DNA from: Patescibacteria group bacterium | Lineage (GTDB): Bacteria > Patescibacteriota > Patescibacteriia > UBA10025 > JAHIVO01 | DNA length: 64,000 bases | Assembly: GCA_049325535.1 (NCBI GenBank) | Contig: JBMOKY010000001.1 | Span: 157,002 to 221,001 of the forward strand | Reading direction: 5' to 3' | Shown: positions 20,162 to 29,436 of the stretch, piece after piece | How positions within the stretch are numbered: position 1 is the stretch's first letter | Layout of the letters: the number at the start of each line of letters is the position of its first letter | Notes under the pieces: model-generated | Seen by the model: the letters and a program-made list of their open reading frames with translations, nothing else | Told to the model about the DNA's origin: nothing | Database searches by the model: none | Position numbers and translations under genes: made by a program

Positions 20162-20797
20162 TTATTGGGCCTTGTGCGTGGCGAGGTATCGCTCCTCGAC
20201 CGTTTTGCCGCTTTCGTTGAGGATGAGCTCAACGATCTGGCCCGGCTCCATGAAATGAGCCGGCTGGAGCGGCCTGCCGCAGCTGTTCGGGTGCCGCAGA
20301 CTGTCGATGGTCACCTCCATCCGGGATCCGCTATGGGAGACGGCGAGGATGGTTTTGCCGGGTATGGTGTGGTTGCGCAGCACCGCGGCGCCTTCGTTGC
20401 CGCGCCGCAGCAGCATCGCCGCAACCTCGTGGTTGCGTTCGGCCATGGTGAAGAGGTAGGTCTCGATATTGGAGCCGGTTTCAGCCGCTCCAGACTTGAT
20501 CGACTGAACCAGCTCCGGGTCCTCCTGCGCGAGGTCCCCGAGATCGGGATCGGTGGTGGTGTATCCACCCGAGCCGAACCCGGCCTTGGTGAAGTAGGCG
20601 GTGGCTAGGCAGCGGTCAGCCGGTGAGCTGACACAACCGGCGATTTCGATGCCGGCTGCTTTCAGTTGCTTTGCCTGGGCGATCAGCAGATCAGACTGCC
20701 CATCCTTCAGGATGTTTCCCTCATGCGCGGCATGGCGCATGAACAACACCCGACACTCCGTCTCTTTCAGCTGACGGAATTCTAATGACTCTGACAC
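20162..20797 (-). CDS. Histidine phosphatase superfamily protein 2 (SixA-like motifs)
   Basis: VLFMRHA, CVSSPADRCLATA, LAVSHSG; SD AGGAGGT 3 nt before the GTG start. Confidence 0.8.
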   Translation of the reverse strand: MSESLEFRQLKETECRVLFMRHAAHEGNILKDGQSDLLIAQAKQLKAAGIEIAGCVSSPADRCLATAYFTKAGFGSGGYTTTDPDLGDLAQEDPELVQSIKSGAAETGSNIETYLFTMAERNHEVAAMLLRRGNEGAAVLRNHTIPGKTILAVSHSGSRMEVTIDSLRHPNSCGRPLQPAHFMEPGQIVELILNESGKTVEERYLATHKAQ

Positions 20798-20871
20798 GAT
20801 ACCTCCTACCCTTTGTGAAAGGGTTTTTCTATAGGTTTATGTTTGGTTTTCTATGTGCAAAATGACCTCGT

Positions 20872-20900
20872 ATCGTAGCACGAGGGCGGGTATTTGTCAA
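20872..20900 (-). promoter_or_regulatory. Sigma70-type promoter TTGACA-17-TACGAT (extended TG) for 20797 gene
   Basis: tgtcaa at 20895-20900, atcgta at 20872-20877. Confidence 0.65.
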
Positions 20901-20918
20901 TACCGTGTATGCGGCGTC

Positions 20919-22022
20919 CTATGATTCCTTTTCAGCAGGTTCGGCGGGAGTTTCTTCACGGGGTGACTCTGCTTCAGACTCGTCAGGCGAGCTTTTCAGC
21001 GCTTCATAGTCGGCATCATACTGTTCGGCCATCTCTTCCTGTTCCCGTAGGTGCCGGTCCGCCTGGCGCTTGATCAGCCAGACGCTGATCGTCCACCAGG
21101 GAAAGAAATTGACGATGGGGATGAATTCGGCGAGCGTGACTGCCATGAACCGTGCCCAGAATTTTCTGATCAGCCAGCGTTTCAGCCAGATGCCCTGATT
21201 TGCCACCACGACGAGTAGGATGCTGGTGATGACGATCTGAAGAATCGTCGATGAGAACCCCGCGTCGAATAATTCAGTGAGCAGGTCCCACAAGTCTTTG
21301 GTGATGGCCAGCGTCAGTACCAGCAGGTAAGCGGTGAAACTGCCGGTGGCGATCCGTTCCCGCAATCCTTCACCCACCCGTCCAGCGACCGCTACAGCCA
21401 GTTTTTGCTTGCCTTTGAGTTCTCCCGATTGGATGCGCTTAAGGGTTTGGGCATCAGGGTTATTGGCCAGATCGAGGTCGGGACTGTCCACCATTTTTGC
21501 CATCCGTTCCAGGGTTGAATTGTATGATTTTGATTGGCGAAGCTGGTTGATGCGCTGCTGGGCCATCTGATCGCTCCAGTTTTGTTCCCGGGCGTCAGGA
21601 CTCATCTCCGGTGATTCATCCGCCGACGCTTCTGATTGCTGCGCTGTGGTCGTCTCTGGAACGCGAACCGGGCTGCTCACTTGTGAGCGGGCAGCTTCGG
21701 CGTTTTTCTGTGTATCGTCCGTGTCGGCATCCGGCTGCTTGACGTTCTTTATGGAAAATGAAACCGAAGTACCCAGCTCGGGGATTTCCAGGGCGGGTGT
21801 AGGTTTTTTATTTTGCTCTTCCTGTTTTTTTTGCCGTTTGGCTGCATCGCCGCCTGGGTCAGGCGCGTTTTTTTCTGCCGGCTTCTCCTTGAGCTGGTCA
21901 ATCTGAATGGTGCGGCCTTTTTCCTCGCCAATTTCCGGCGGCTGTGCGGCTGGCTGTATTTTCTTTACTCGTTCGCTTTGCTCTTCTGACTGGTTGTATT
22001 TTTCGGTCTCTGTTTCAGCCAT
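20919..22022 (-). CDS. Hypothetical membrane protein: disordered acidic N-terminus, C-terminal TM helices
   Basis: ORF 20919..22052; ATG at 22022 lies just downstream of a good promoter; TM region ending EFIPIVNFFPWWTISVW. Confidence 0.8.
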   Translation of the reverse strand: MAETETEKYNQSEEQSERVKKIQPAAQPPEIGEEKGRTIQIDQLKEKPAEKNAPDPGGDAAKRQKKQEEQNKKPTPALEIPELGTSVSFSIKNVKQPDADTDDTQKNAEAARSQVSSPVRVPETTTAQQSEASADESPEMSPDAREQNWSDQMAQQRINQLRQSKSYNSTLERMAKMVDSPDLDLANNPDAQTLKRIQSGELKGKQKLAVAVAGRVGEGLRERIATGSFTAYLLVLTLAITKDLWDLLTELFDAGFSSTILQIVITSILLVVVANQGIWLKRWLIRKFWARFMAVTLAEFIPIVNFFPWWTISVWLIKRQADRHLREQEEMAEQYDADYEALKSSPDESEAESPREETPAEPAEKES

Positions 22023-22031
22023 AATGTTTAT

Positions 22032-22123
22032 ATCATACCATTTTTTACGCAAATATTCAAGTGTACGGTAATTTATAATCGAGTATGACGATGTTTGATT
22101 TTATCGTGAAATTATGCTATAAT
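22032..22123. promoter_or_regulatory. Divergent sigma70 promoters
   Basis: Plus: TTGATT (22095-22100)-17-TATAAT (22118-22123) with extended TG. Minus: TTGAAT (22060-22055)-17-TATGAT (22037-22032) with extended TG. Confidence 0.7.
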
Positions 22124-22183
22124 GAAGCCACTTAGTTTTGCATTTTTAACAGTGTATAAGTAGAACTCGCGGATTATTTTTTG

Positions 22184-23131
22184 ATGAAGGAATTTGTACT
22201 CCCATTTAATAAATTGGGAAGGCGGCATGTCAGCCAGGCGGGTGGAAAAGGGGCCAATCTCGGTGAATTGACTGGACAGGGTGTCCCGGTGCCCCCTGGG
22301 TTTGTGGTATTACGGAGCGCATTTGACCGATTTATCAGGGAAACCGACATCATTATCGAGATTGACAAATGGCTGCACCAAGTCAATCCGAAGGATATGA
22401 CATCGATTGATCGGGCATCGCATACGCTGCGAGATGTTTTCCGCCGCACGCCGTTTCCGAGCGATCTTGCTTCAGTCATAGAGACGGCTTATAGCCGGCT
22501 GCACGCGTCTTCCGTTGCCGTCCGGTCATCTGCTACCGCCGAGGATTCCAGTATCGCTTCATGGGCGGGCGAACTCGAGTCATTCATGTTCATCACCAAA
22601 AAAAACCTTCTGGACACCGTGAAAACGTGCTGGTCATCCCTTTTTACCCCGCGGGCGATATTTTACCGATTTGAAAAAAAACTGCACCGCACGCCCGTGT
22701 CCGTGGCGGTCGTGGTTCAAGCGATGGTCAATTCCGAAGTATCGGGCATCACCTTTACTGTTCATCCCGTGAGTAACGACCACGGGCAGATGGTCATCGA
22801 AGCAGGGTGGGGCCAGGGTGAATCGATCGTTTCTGGTGCCATCACCCCTGATACCTATATTTTTGACCGGGTGACCGGCACTATCCTGGATATCAATGTC
22901 TCGGAACAACGGCAGATGATCGTGCGTGGGCGCAGCGGAACAGGAACAAAAAAAGTCTCTGTGCCAAAAAAACAGAAGGTACGCCAAAAGCTTACTGGTG
23001 CTCAAATCACGCATCTGGCCGCACTGTGTCAGAAGATTGAAAAACACTACGGCGCCCCGCAGGATATCGAATGGGTGCTGATAAAAAATAAATTTTACAT
23101 CGTCCAAACGCGTCCGATAACGACGCTGTAG
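22184..23131 (+). CDS. Stand-alone PEP synthase/PPDK N-terminal nucleotide-binding (ATP-grasp) domain
   Basis: GGKGANLGEL, VPPGF, VAVRSSATAEDS..ASWAG, VVVQAMV, GQGESIVSG, PQDIEW, IVQTRPIT then stop; no His-swivel or pyruvate-binding barrel. Confidence 0.9.
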   Translation: MKEFVLPFNKLGRRHVSQAGGKGANLGELTGQGVPVPPGFVVLRSAFDRFIRETDIIIEIDKWLHQVNPKDMTSIDRASHTLRDVFRRTPFPSDLASVIETAYSRLHASSVAVRSSATAEDSSIASWAGELESFMFITKKNLLDTVKTCWSSLFTPRAIFYRFEKKLHRTPVSVAVVVQAMVNSEVSGITFTVHPVSNDHGQMVIEAGWGQGESIVSGAITPDTYIFDRVTGTILDINVSEQRQMIVRGRSGTGTKKVSVPKKQKVRQKLTGAQITHLAALCQKIEKHYGAPQDIEWVLIKNKFYIVQTRPITTL

Positions 23132-23139
23132 GAAACTCC

Positions 23140-24510
23140 ATGCCACACACGCAATCAAACGACGAATGGCAAGACGGCTTCTTGGTCAAGGATCCAAGCG
23201 GCAGTTTTCGCAAAGTTACTGGAATGGATTTTATTGATGCCGATGCACCAATCCCGACAGTTGCTCCCGCCGCACCCCGGCCTGCTACTCCGCCACCGCC
23301 CCCTCGACCTGCCGCACCGGTATCAGCCCCGCGAAAGACTCCGCCGCCACCACCAACTCGAATGACTCCGGTGGCGCCGATTATGCCTCCTGCCCCACTC
23401 CAACCCCAGAAGCCAATCGCTGAGATGGGCATGGCTCCTTCGCCATTTATGGATCACGAAGACGCTGAAGAGATTAAACAGCATACGGCTGAACTACAGC
23501 AGATGGTGGCTCAGCCCGGACTGGACGTTTCGGTTACTATCAATGCCATCATCGAGCGGATTTTACGTGAGTATCGCCTGACCTTCGATACTGATGTGAT
23601 GCTGAAACGGTTTATCAAAGTCGTTGAGTCGCGATTTCGCGAGATTCGAAATTCACTGGAGACGGCCGATGTACTGCAGCGTCCGGAAAAAATCGGCGGA
23701 CTTGGGCTGCCGAGGGAAACCGTGCAGCAGATCATGGCTACGGTTGACGCTGAGATTGACGGATTGCATATGAAGAAAAGGTTGCCCGCTGTCCCGGCGC
23801 CCAAACCCAAAGCGCCATCCGCACGGGCCGTATCTACGGCTCCGCAGTCGCTGTACGCCGCGCCACCTCCGGCTTTTGTCCCTCGTCCCGGCGGCGCCGC
23901 ACCGAAACCGTCACCGACGGCACCACAACCATCGGCGATACAGCAAACATCAGATTTGGCCAAAGAAATAAAAGAGGAATTAACCCGGATTCCGCAGAAG
24001 CCCGCGGTGATTCCACCGGCACCTCCGGTTCCGCCGCCGGCACCAGCACCGAGCATATCTCCGGCCGCAGCGCCTGCCGCGAGCGAACCGCATGAACTGT
24101 ATGGTCAATCCCAGGGGGATATGCCGCGCATCCGTCCGGTGCAGCCAAATAAACCATACATGATTGACATCAAACAGCCGAGCGCAGTGGTCGGTCCGGT
24201 GGATGAGATACGGCAGATTGACCTGAAAGAATTTCGTCGTATGGGTACCAATCCCGGGGATTCGGCAGATCGGGTGTATGAAAAAATCGAACTATTGGAA
24301 GAAGAGTCCTGGGATATGCGCATGCAGGGTGTCCGAGCTTGGCGTCAGTCGCCATTATTTACCCTCTATGTGACTATCGGCCGGGCCAGCATGGAATCCG
24401 GCAATCCAGTCGACAGCGTCATCAGCAAACGCCAGCAGGCTGGTGAGCCGACGCTGCTTCCGGAGGAGTTTATGGCCGTCAACGCCTTAAATGCGAAATT
24501 AACCGTTTAG
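23140..24510 (+). CDS. Hypothetical protein with two Pro/Ala-rich linkers
   Basis: 456-aa ORF; low-complexity P/A tracts separate helical domains (RPEKIGGLGL; VGPVDEI...WRQSPLFTLY). Confidence 0.8.
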   Translation: MPHTQSNDEWQDGFLVKDPSGSFRKVTGMDFIDADAPIPTVAPAAPRPATPPPPPRPAAPVSAPRKTPPPPPTRMTPVAPIMPPAPLQPQKPIAEMGMAPSPFMDHEDAEEIKQHTAELQQMVAQPGLDVSVTINAIIERILREYRLTFDTDVMLKRFIKVVESRFREIRNSLETADVLQRPEKIGGLGLPRETVQQIMATVDAEIDGLHMKKRLPAVPAPKPKAPSARAVSTAPQSLYAAPPPAFVPRPGGAAPKPSPTAPQPSAIQQTSDLAKEIKEELTRIPQKPAVIPPAPPVPPPAPAPSISPAAAPAASEPHELYGQSQGDMPRIRPVQPNKPYMIDIKQPSAVVGPVDEIRQIDLKEFRRMGTNPGDSADRVYEKIELLEEESWDMRMQGVRAWRQSPLFTLYVTIGRASMESGNPVDSVISKRQQAGEPTLLPEEFMAVNALNAKLTV

Positions 24511-24511
24511 T

Positions 24512-24943
24512 ATGCAACAGTTTATCGTTCCGCAATTTCTCGATGTCGAAAGCAAGATTATCGGACCCCTCACTGTCCGGCAGTTCATCACTTTTTTGAT
24601 CGGCGCGGGGATGATTTTCCTCGTTTTCAAACTGGCAACTTTTTGGGCGGCGGCTATCGAGGGTGTGCTGATTTTCGCTTTGACCGGCGTCTTTGCCTTT
24701 GCCAAGATCAATGGCCGGCCCTTCCACCATTTCTTGCTGAATCTGCTGCAGACGGTGCGCCGACCAACCTTGACCGTCTGGCACAAAAACTATGAACTGA
24801 GCAAAGTAAAAGAGGAAAAAGAAAAACAACCACCCGCCCGTCCACACAAAAAACAGCGACTGACCGAATCCCGACTAACCGAACTGTCGCTGGTAGTCGA
24901 TACGGGCGGCGCGTATCAGGAAGGCCTCGACGAGCTCAAATAA
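24512..24943 (+). CDS. PrgI-family (VirB3-like) membrane protein
   Basis: QFIVPQFLDVESKIIGPLTVRQF, two TM helices, KINGRPF; upstream of a VirB4-like pair. Confidence 0.85.
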   Translation: MQQFIVPQFLDVESKIIGPLTVRQFITFLIGAGMIFLVFKLATFWAAAIEGVLIFALTGVFAFAKINGRPFHHFLLNLLQTVRRPTLTVWHKNYELSKVKEEKEKQPPARPHKKQRLTESRLTELSLVVDTGGAYQEGLDELK

Positions 24944-24953
24944 AATATTCTCT

Positions 24954-25631
24954 ATGGCTACGGAATCTACTACAAAAACAGCTACCACTCCTTCCACCCA
25001 GCAGTACATGAATATCCTGGAGGTGAAGGATAATACGGTTATCCTCAAGGATGGAACGCTCCGAGCGGTCATTTTGGTATCGTCTATCAATTTCGCCCTG
25101 AAGTCGGAAGATGAACAAAATGCCGTCATGCAGGGATACGTTCAATTCCTCAATTCCATAGAGTTCCCTTTACAGATATTGATTCAGTCGCGGAAGCTCA
25201 ATATTGACGATTATCTTGAGCGACTGAAAGCCGTCGAGAAGGAGCAGACCAATGAGCTGCTGAAAATCCAGACGCGTGAGTATCGTCAGTACATCCAGGA
25301 ATTGGTTTCCCTGGCTGACATCATGAGCAAACGGTTTTATATCGTAGTGCCTTTTTCCGGCGGCACTATCAAGTCAAAAGGTTTTTTTACCCGGTTCAAG
25401 GAAGTGCTGACCCCGACAAATATCATCACCATCAAACAAAAGAAATTTGAAAAAAACCGCATCGAGCTGGCCAAGCGGATGGAGTATATCATTGATGGGC
25501 TGAGTTCAATCGGATTGAAGGCGGTCCAGCTCGACACGCAGAGTTTGATCGAGCTGTATTACAATACCTATAATCCGGATACGTACGACCAGCAGCCGCT
25601 CGTCGACGTGAGTAAACTCAATGTCGAATAA
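24954..25631 (+). CDS. VirB4/TraC N-terminal-like accessory protein
   Basis: VSSINFALKSEDEQ..FLNS..FPLQILIQSRKL; sits between PrgI and the ATPase as usual in CPR T4SS-like clusters. Confidence 0.7.
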   Translation: MATESTTKTATTPSTQQYMNILEVKDNTVILKDGTLRAVILVSSINFALKSEDEQNAVMQGYVQFLNSIEFPLQILIQSRKLNIDDYLERLKAVEKEQTNELLKIQTREYRQYIQELVSLADIMSKRFYIVVPFSGGTIKSKGFFTRFKEVLTPTNIITIKQKKFEKNRIELAKRMEYIIDGLSSIGLKAVQLDTQSLIELYYNTYNPDTYDQQPLVDVSKLNVE

Positions 25632-25633
25632 CT

Positions 25634-27550
25634 ATGGTTGAACTGTACCGCGCCACCCAGTCGGTTCCGACTGAGACTCCGCCCGAGCTGAGTCAGCAGG
25701 AAAAGGAACAGCTGGCCCGCGAACAACTCGAGGAAAAAAAGGAACTGCTCCAATCGGAGAAGATATATCGCCGTGGCGTGATGACGGTCAGGGATCTGAT
25801 CGCGCCCGCGTCCATGAAGATCGAATCTCGTTACCTCGAGCTTGGATCGCAGTATGTACGGACGGTATTTGTCGTGGCCTACCCTCGGTATATCCGCGTG
25901 GGGTGGTTCGCGCCGGTGATCAATCTGAATGTACCACTGGACATTTCCATGTATTTTTATCCAGTCAATTCGGAAATCATTCTGAAGCAGCTCCGGAATA
26001 AAGTCGGTGCGCTGGAGGCGCAAATACTGGCTGATGCGGAAAAGGGCGCCCCGCGTGATCCGATCCGCGAAACGGCGCTGCGGGACATCGAAAAACTCCG
26101 CGACGACCTGACCCAGGGCATCGAGCGTTTTTTCCAATTCGCCCTGTATGTGACCATGTACGCCAATACGAAGGAAGACTTGGACAAAATGACGGAAAAA
26201 GTGGAATCGCTCTTCGGATCGAGATTAGTCTATACCAAACGCGTGCTCTATCAGGCGGAACAGGGATTTATGTCGACCCTGCCCCTCTCGACGGATGAGC
26301 TGAATATCACGTTTAATATGGCCAGTTCGCCGGTCGCGTCATCATTTCCGTTTATTTCATCGGAATTGACCTCGGATAATGGTATTCTCTATGGCATCAA
26401 CCGGCATAATAATAGCCTGGTGCTGTTTGACCGGTTTTCCTTGCAAAATGCGAATTCTGTGGTGTTCGCCACCTCGGGTGCCGGTAAAAGTTACGCCGTC
26501 AAACTGGAGATTTTGCGGAGTATGATGCTGGGCACTGACGTCATCGTCATCGACCCGGAAATGGAATACAAATATTTGTCCGATGCCGTGGGCGGTACCT
26601 ATATCAATATTTCCCTGAGCTCGGACAGCAAGATCAATCCTTTTGATTTGCCCCGACCCACCCGTCGTGATGAAAAAGTTTCGGATATCATCCGTTCGGC
26701 GGTCATCACTCTGAAGGGCCTGCTGCGGCTGATGCTGGGGCAGTTTACCCATGAAGAGGATTCTATCATTGACCGTGCCCTGATCGAGACGTATGCCAAA
26801 AAAGACATCACCGCCGACGCTGATCTGACGCGCGTCGAGCCACCGCTGTTTAAGGATTTTGAGGAAGTGCTGGAGGGCATGGTCGGTGCCGATGAACTGG
26901 TCACTCGACTGAAAAAATATACCGAGGGCACCTTTGCCGGACTGCTGAATAATCCTACGAATGTGGAGATGAAAAATCAGCTGGTGGTATTTTCCGTGCG
27001 CGATCTGGAGGATGAGCTGAAACCGATCGGTATCCAGGTGATCGTGTCATATATCTGGAACACGGTCCGCTCGCAACTGAAGAAGCGTCTGATGGTCATC
27101 GACGAAGCCTGGTGGCTGATGCAGCAGGAAGATTCAGCCAAATTCATATTTGCCCTGGTGAAGCGGTGCCGTAAATACTACCTGGGAGTGACGACGATTA
27201 CCCAGGACGTGAACGACTTCCTGCGCTCGCCCTACGGCCAGGCCATCGTCACAAATTCGGCTATCCAGCTGCTGATGAAGCAGTCGCCGGCGGCTATCGA
27301 TCTGATTGCCAAGACGTTTCTGCTGACCGAAGGCGAAAAATACCTGCTGCTGGAGTGTGGCGTCGGTGAGGGAATATTTTTCGCCGGGTCCAAACATGCC
27401 GCCATCAAAGTCGTCGCCTCATACACCGAGGATCAGATCATCACTTCCGATCCGCGCCAGCTGCTGGAAATCGAGCAGGCAAAAAAAGAGTTTATCGAAT
27501 CCCAGAAAGAAGCGGCAACCGAAGCTGCTGAAGCCGCCTTTACGGGTTAA
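25634..27550 (+). CDS. VirB4-like P-loop ATPase
   Basis: GILYGIN, Walker A ATSGAGKS, VIDPEMEY, INPFD, Walker B MVIDEAW, KRCRKY, ITQD. Confidence 0.9.
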   Translation: MVELYRATQSVPTETPPELSQQEKEQLAREQLEEKKELLQSEKIYRRGVMTVRDLIAPASMKIESRYLELGSQYVRTVFVVAYPRYIRVGWFAPVINLNVPLDISMYFYPVNSEIILKQLRNKVGALEAQILADAEKGAPRDPIRETALRDIEKLRDDLTQGIERFFQFALYVTMYANTKEDLDKMTEKVESLFGSRLVYTKRVLYQAEQGFMSTLPLSTDELNITFNMASSPVASSFPFISSELTSDNGILYGINRHNNSLVLFDRFSLQNANSVVFATSGAGKSYAVKLEILRSMMLGTDVIVIDPEMEYKYLSDAVGGTYINISLSSDSKINPFDLPRPTRRDEKVSDIIRSAVITLKGLLRLMLGQFTHEEDSIIDRALIETYAKKDITADADLTRVEPPLFKDFEEVLEGMVGADELVTRLKKYTEGTFAGLLNNPTNVEMKNQLVVFSVRDLEDELKPIGIQVIVSYIWNTVRSQLKKRLMVIDEAWWLMQQEDSAKFIFALVKRCRKYYLGVTTITQDVNDFLRSPYGQAIVTNSAIQLLMKQSPAAIDLIAKTFLLTEGEKYLLLECGVGEGIFFAGSKHAAIKVVASYTEDQIITSDPRQLLEIEQAKKEFIESQKEAATEAAEAAFTG

Positions 27551-27561
27551 TCACCATACCT

Positions 27562-28236
27562 ATGGCTCAATTTAATCTCGACCGACGTCAGATGCTGTAT
27601 ATAGCCGGATTGCTCCTGCTCCTTGTGGCGGTGGGTTTCGGCATATGGTTTTTGTATTTCCGCTCGACTGACGAGCCGACAAATACCAATCAGACCCCGG
27701 CGACCAATGCGCCGGTGGAAACCGTCAATGCCACTATCCCCACCACAAACGTCAATACTGCGGCACCGGCGCCTGAGTCGGTGGAGCTGACCCGGGTGTC
27801 CAATCTTTTTGCCGAACGGTTTGGCAGCTACACGTCCGTATCCGGATTTGAAAATATGATCAATCTGAAGCCCTACATGACCCTCAAAATGCAGCAAACC
27901 GCCGATGATTTCATCAAACGCCAGCCGGCGGTAACGGCCGAAACCCCCTATACTGAGGTGGTCACCAAGGTGGTTTCCACATCCATCACCGATCAGAATT
28001 CCAGCCAGGCTACGGTGCGTCTGAGCACCCAGCGCGTGGAGTCAGGAGACGAAATGGAACAGAATACCGTGTACTATCAGGATATCATCCTCACGCTGCA
28101 GCGGGCCGATGATATCTGGCTGGTCGATACAGCTACGTGGCAGGATGTGGGCGTGACAGCTCCTGATGACACCCCGCTGGATTCAAATGTAAATACCGAC
28201 GATATCCTCGATGATATCGTCAATGGCGAACAATAG
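27562..28236 (+). CDS. Bitopic membrane protein, possible VirB8/TcpC-like (NTF2-fold) subunit
   Basis: Single N-terminal TM, T/N/P linker, helix (FAERFGSY) then beta-meander ending WLVD; context suggests VirB8-like. Confidence 0.5.
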   Translation: MAQFNLDRRQMLYIAGLLLLLVAVGFGIWFLYFRSTDEPTNTNQTPATNAPVETVNATIPTTNVNTAAPAPESVELTRVSNLFAERFGSYTSVSGFENMINLKPYMTLKMQQTADDFIKRQPAVTAETPYTEVVTKVVSTSITDQNSSQATVRLSTQRVESGDEMEQNTVYYQDIILTLQRADDIWLVDTATWQDVGVTAPDDTPLDSNVNTDDILDDIVNGEQ

Positions 28237-28264
28237 CCCTCAGATTTTTTTAGCGATACGATCC

Positions 28265-29365
28265 ATGCGTAGCACGAAAAAATTCTTTGCCATCGGTGTC
28301 CTGGCAGCGCTCCTGCTGCCGCTGGTGGTTTTTGCGCAGACGTCGCCCAATGTCACCAATGACCCGTGCAAGATAGATGATTTTACTAAAGCCATCCGGC
28401 TGCAGATAGAGATCCCGGGCGTGACACAGACACCGGGAGTGCCGTTTGTGGACGGGCACTATGTGAAAAATTTAGGGTGCTACATCGTCGGTATCTACCG
28501 GTATTTCGTCGGGGTGGCCGGGATCCTGGCGACGGTATTTATCATGTATGGCGGTGTCCGCTATATCATTTCATTTGGCAATCCCGGATCGCTCCAGAGT
28601 GCCAAGGAAACCATCGAGAGTGCGCTGGTCGGACTGCTCATCGCCATCAGTTCCTATATGATTTTGTATTTTATCAATCCCAATCTGACGCGGTTTGATC
28701 TGGTCAATGTGACCGGTATCGCCAAATACGAAGATACCTGGTGTGAAGACCGCGAGCGGCCGGTGACGCCAGTCCAGGAGGGCGCGGTTAATTGCGGTAA
28801 TGTCGGCACTGAACAGGTGGAGGAGGGCACCGTGGCCAGCGCTGAATCAATAAAGTGCTTCTATCATGGTACTGATTGCTCCGATGTCGGGGAAACGTGC
28901 GTGCCTATTTCGGGCAGTGGGGCAGATCAAACATTTGAATGTCGGCTCATCTACGGCGATCAAACCTTATGCAAGGAAAAAGATCGTATCACTACCTGCG
29001 GTTTCCTGTGGCATGCGGGTGAAGCGGATCAGTGTGTCGGGCTTTCCTGTGGCGAAAATCGAGTCTGTGTTGGTGTTTTAGAAAATTCCAAGGCGACTCT
29101 CGAATGCGTTCAGTCCTGGCCAATCCTGTACCCCGTAGATAATAAGATGTACAATGCCGTGGTCGATGACTCGCTGGGCTGTGGTTATATCCGGTATGAT
29201 GACAGTTTTGGTTCGGTTACCAATCTAAAGATTGGCAGTGAATGTGAAGATAGGAAATCATGCGTAATTATGCCTCAAACTAGATATAATTTTTATGGCC
29301 CCACTGATTTGCGACCTCCTGATGCGACAATCGTTGGGGCATTTGTTAGTTTTGATTGCCAGTAA
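28265..29365 (+). CDS. Pilin-core (VirB2/TrbC-like) protein with Cys-rich C-terminal domain
   Basis: Signal peptide, LQIEIPG, hairpin AGILATVFIMYGGVRYIISFGN...AKETIESALVGLLIAISSYMILYFINPNL, then many Cys. Confidence 0.75.
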   Translation: MRSTKKFFAIGVLAALLLPLVVFAQTSPNVTNDPCKIDDFTKAIRLQIEIPGVTQTPGVPFVDGHYVKNLGCYIVGIYRYFVGVAGILATVFIMYGGVRYIISFGNPGSLQSAKETIESALVGLLIAISSYMILYFINPNLTRFDLVNVTGIAKYEDTWCEDRERPVTPVQEGAVNCGNVGTEQVEEGTVASAESIKCFYHGTDCSDVGETCVPISGSGADQTFECRLIYGDQTLCKEKDRITTCGFLWHAGEADQCVGLSCGENRVCVGVLENSKATLECVQSWPILYPVDNKMYNAVVDDSLGCGYIRYDDSFGSVTNLKIGSECEDRKSCVIMPQTRYNFYGPTDLRPPDATIVGAFVSFDCQ

Positions 29366-29436
29366 TTGACAGGCAAATACGGGGCTATCTGAATTTTTGT
29401 CTCATTAATCCATGTTCTGAATTCTTATAAAACAAT

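Noticed and set aside
20063-20608. Plus-strand ORF 20063..20608 (likewise 35676..36305)
   Set aside because: Antisense shadows of genes that have motifs and/or promoter, SD and terminator support.
22184-23131. ppsA pseudogene
   Set aside because: Ends cleanly at the domain boundary, has a strong promoter, and no remnant of the rest follows.
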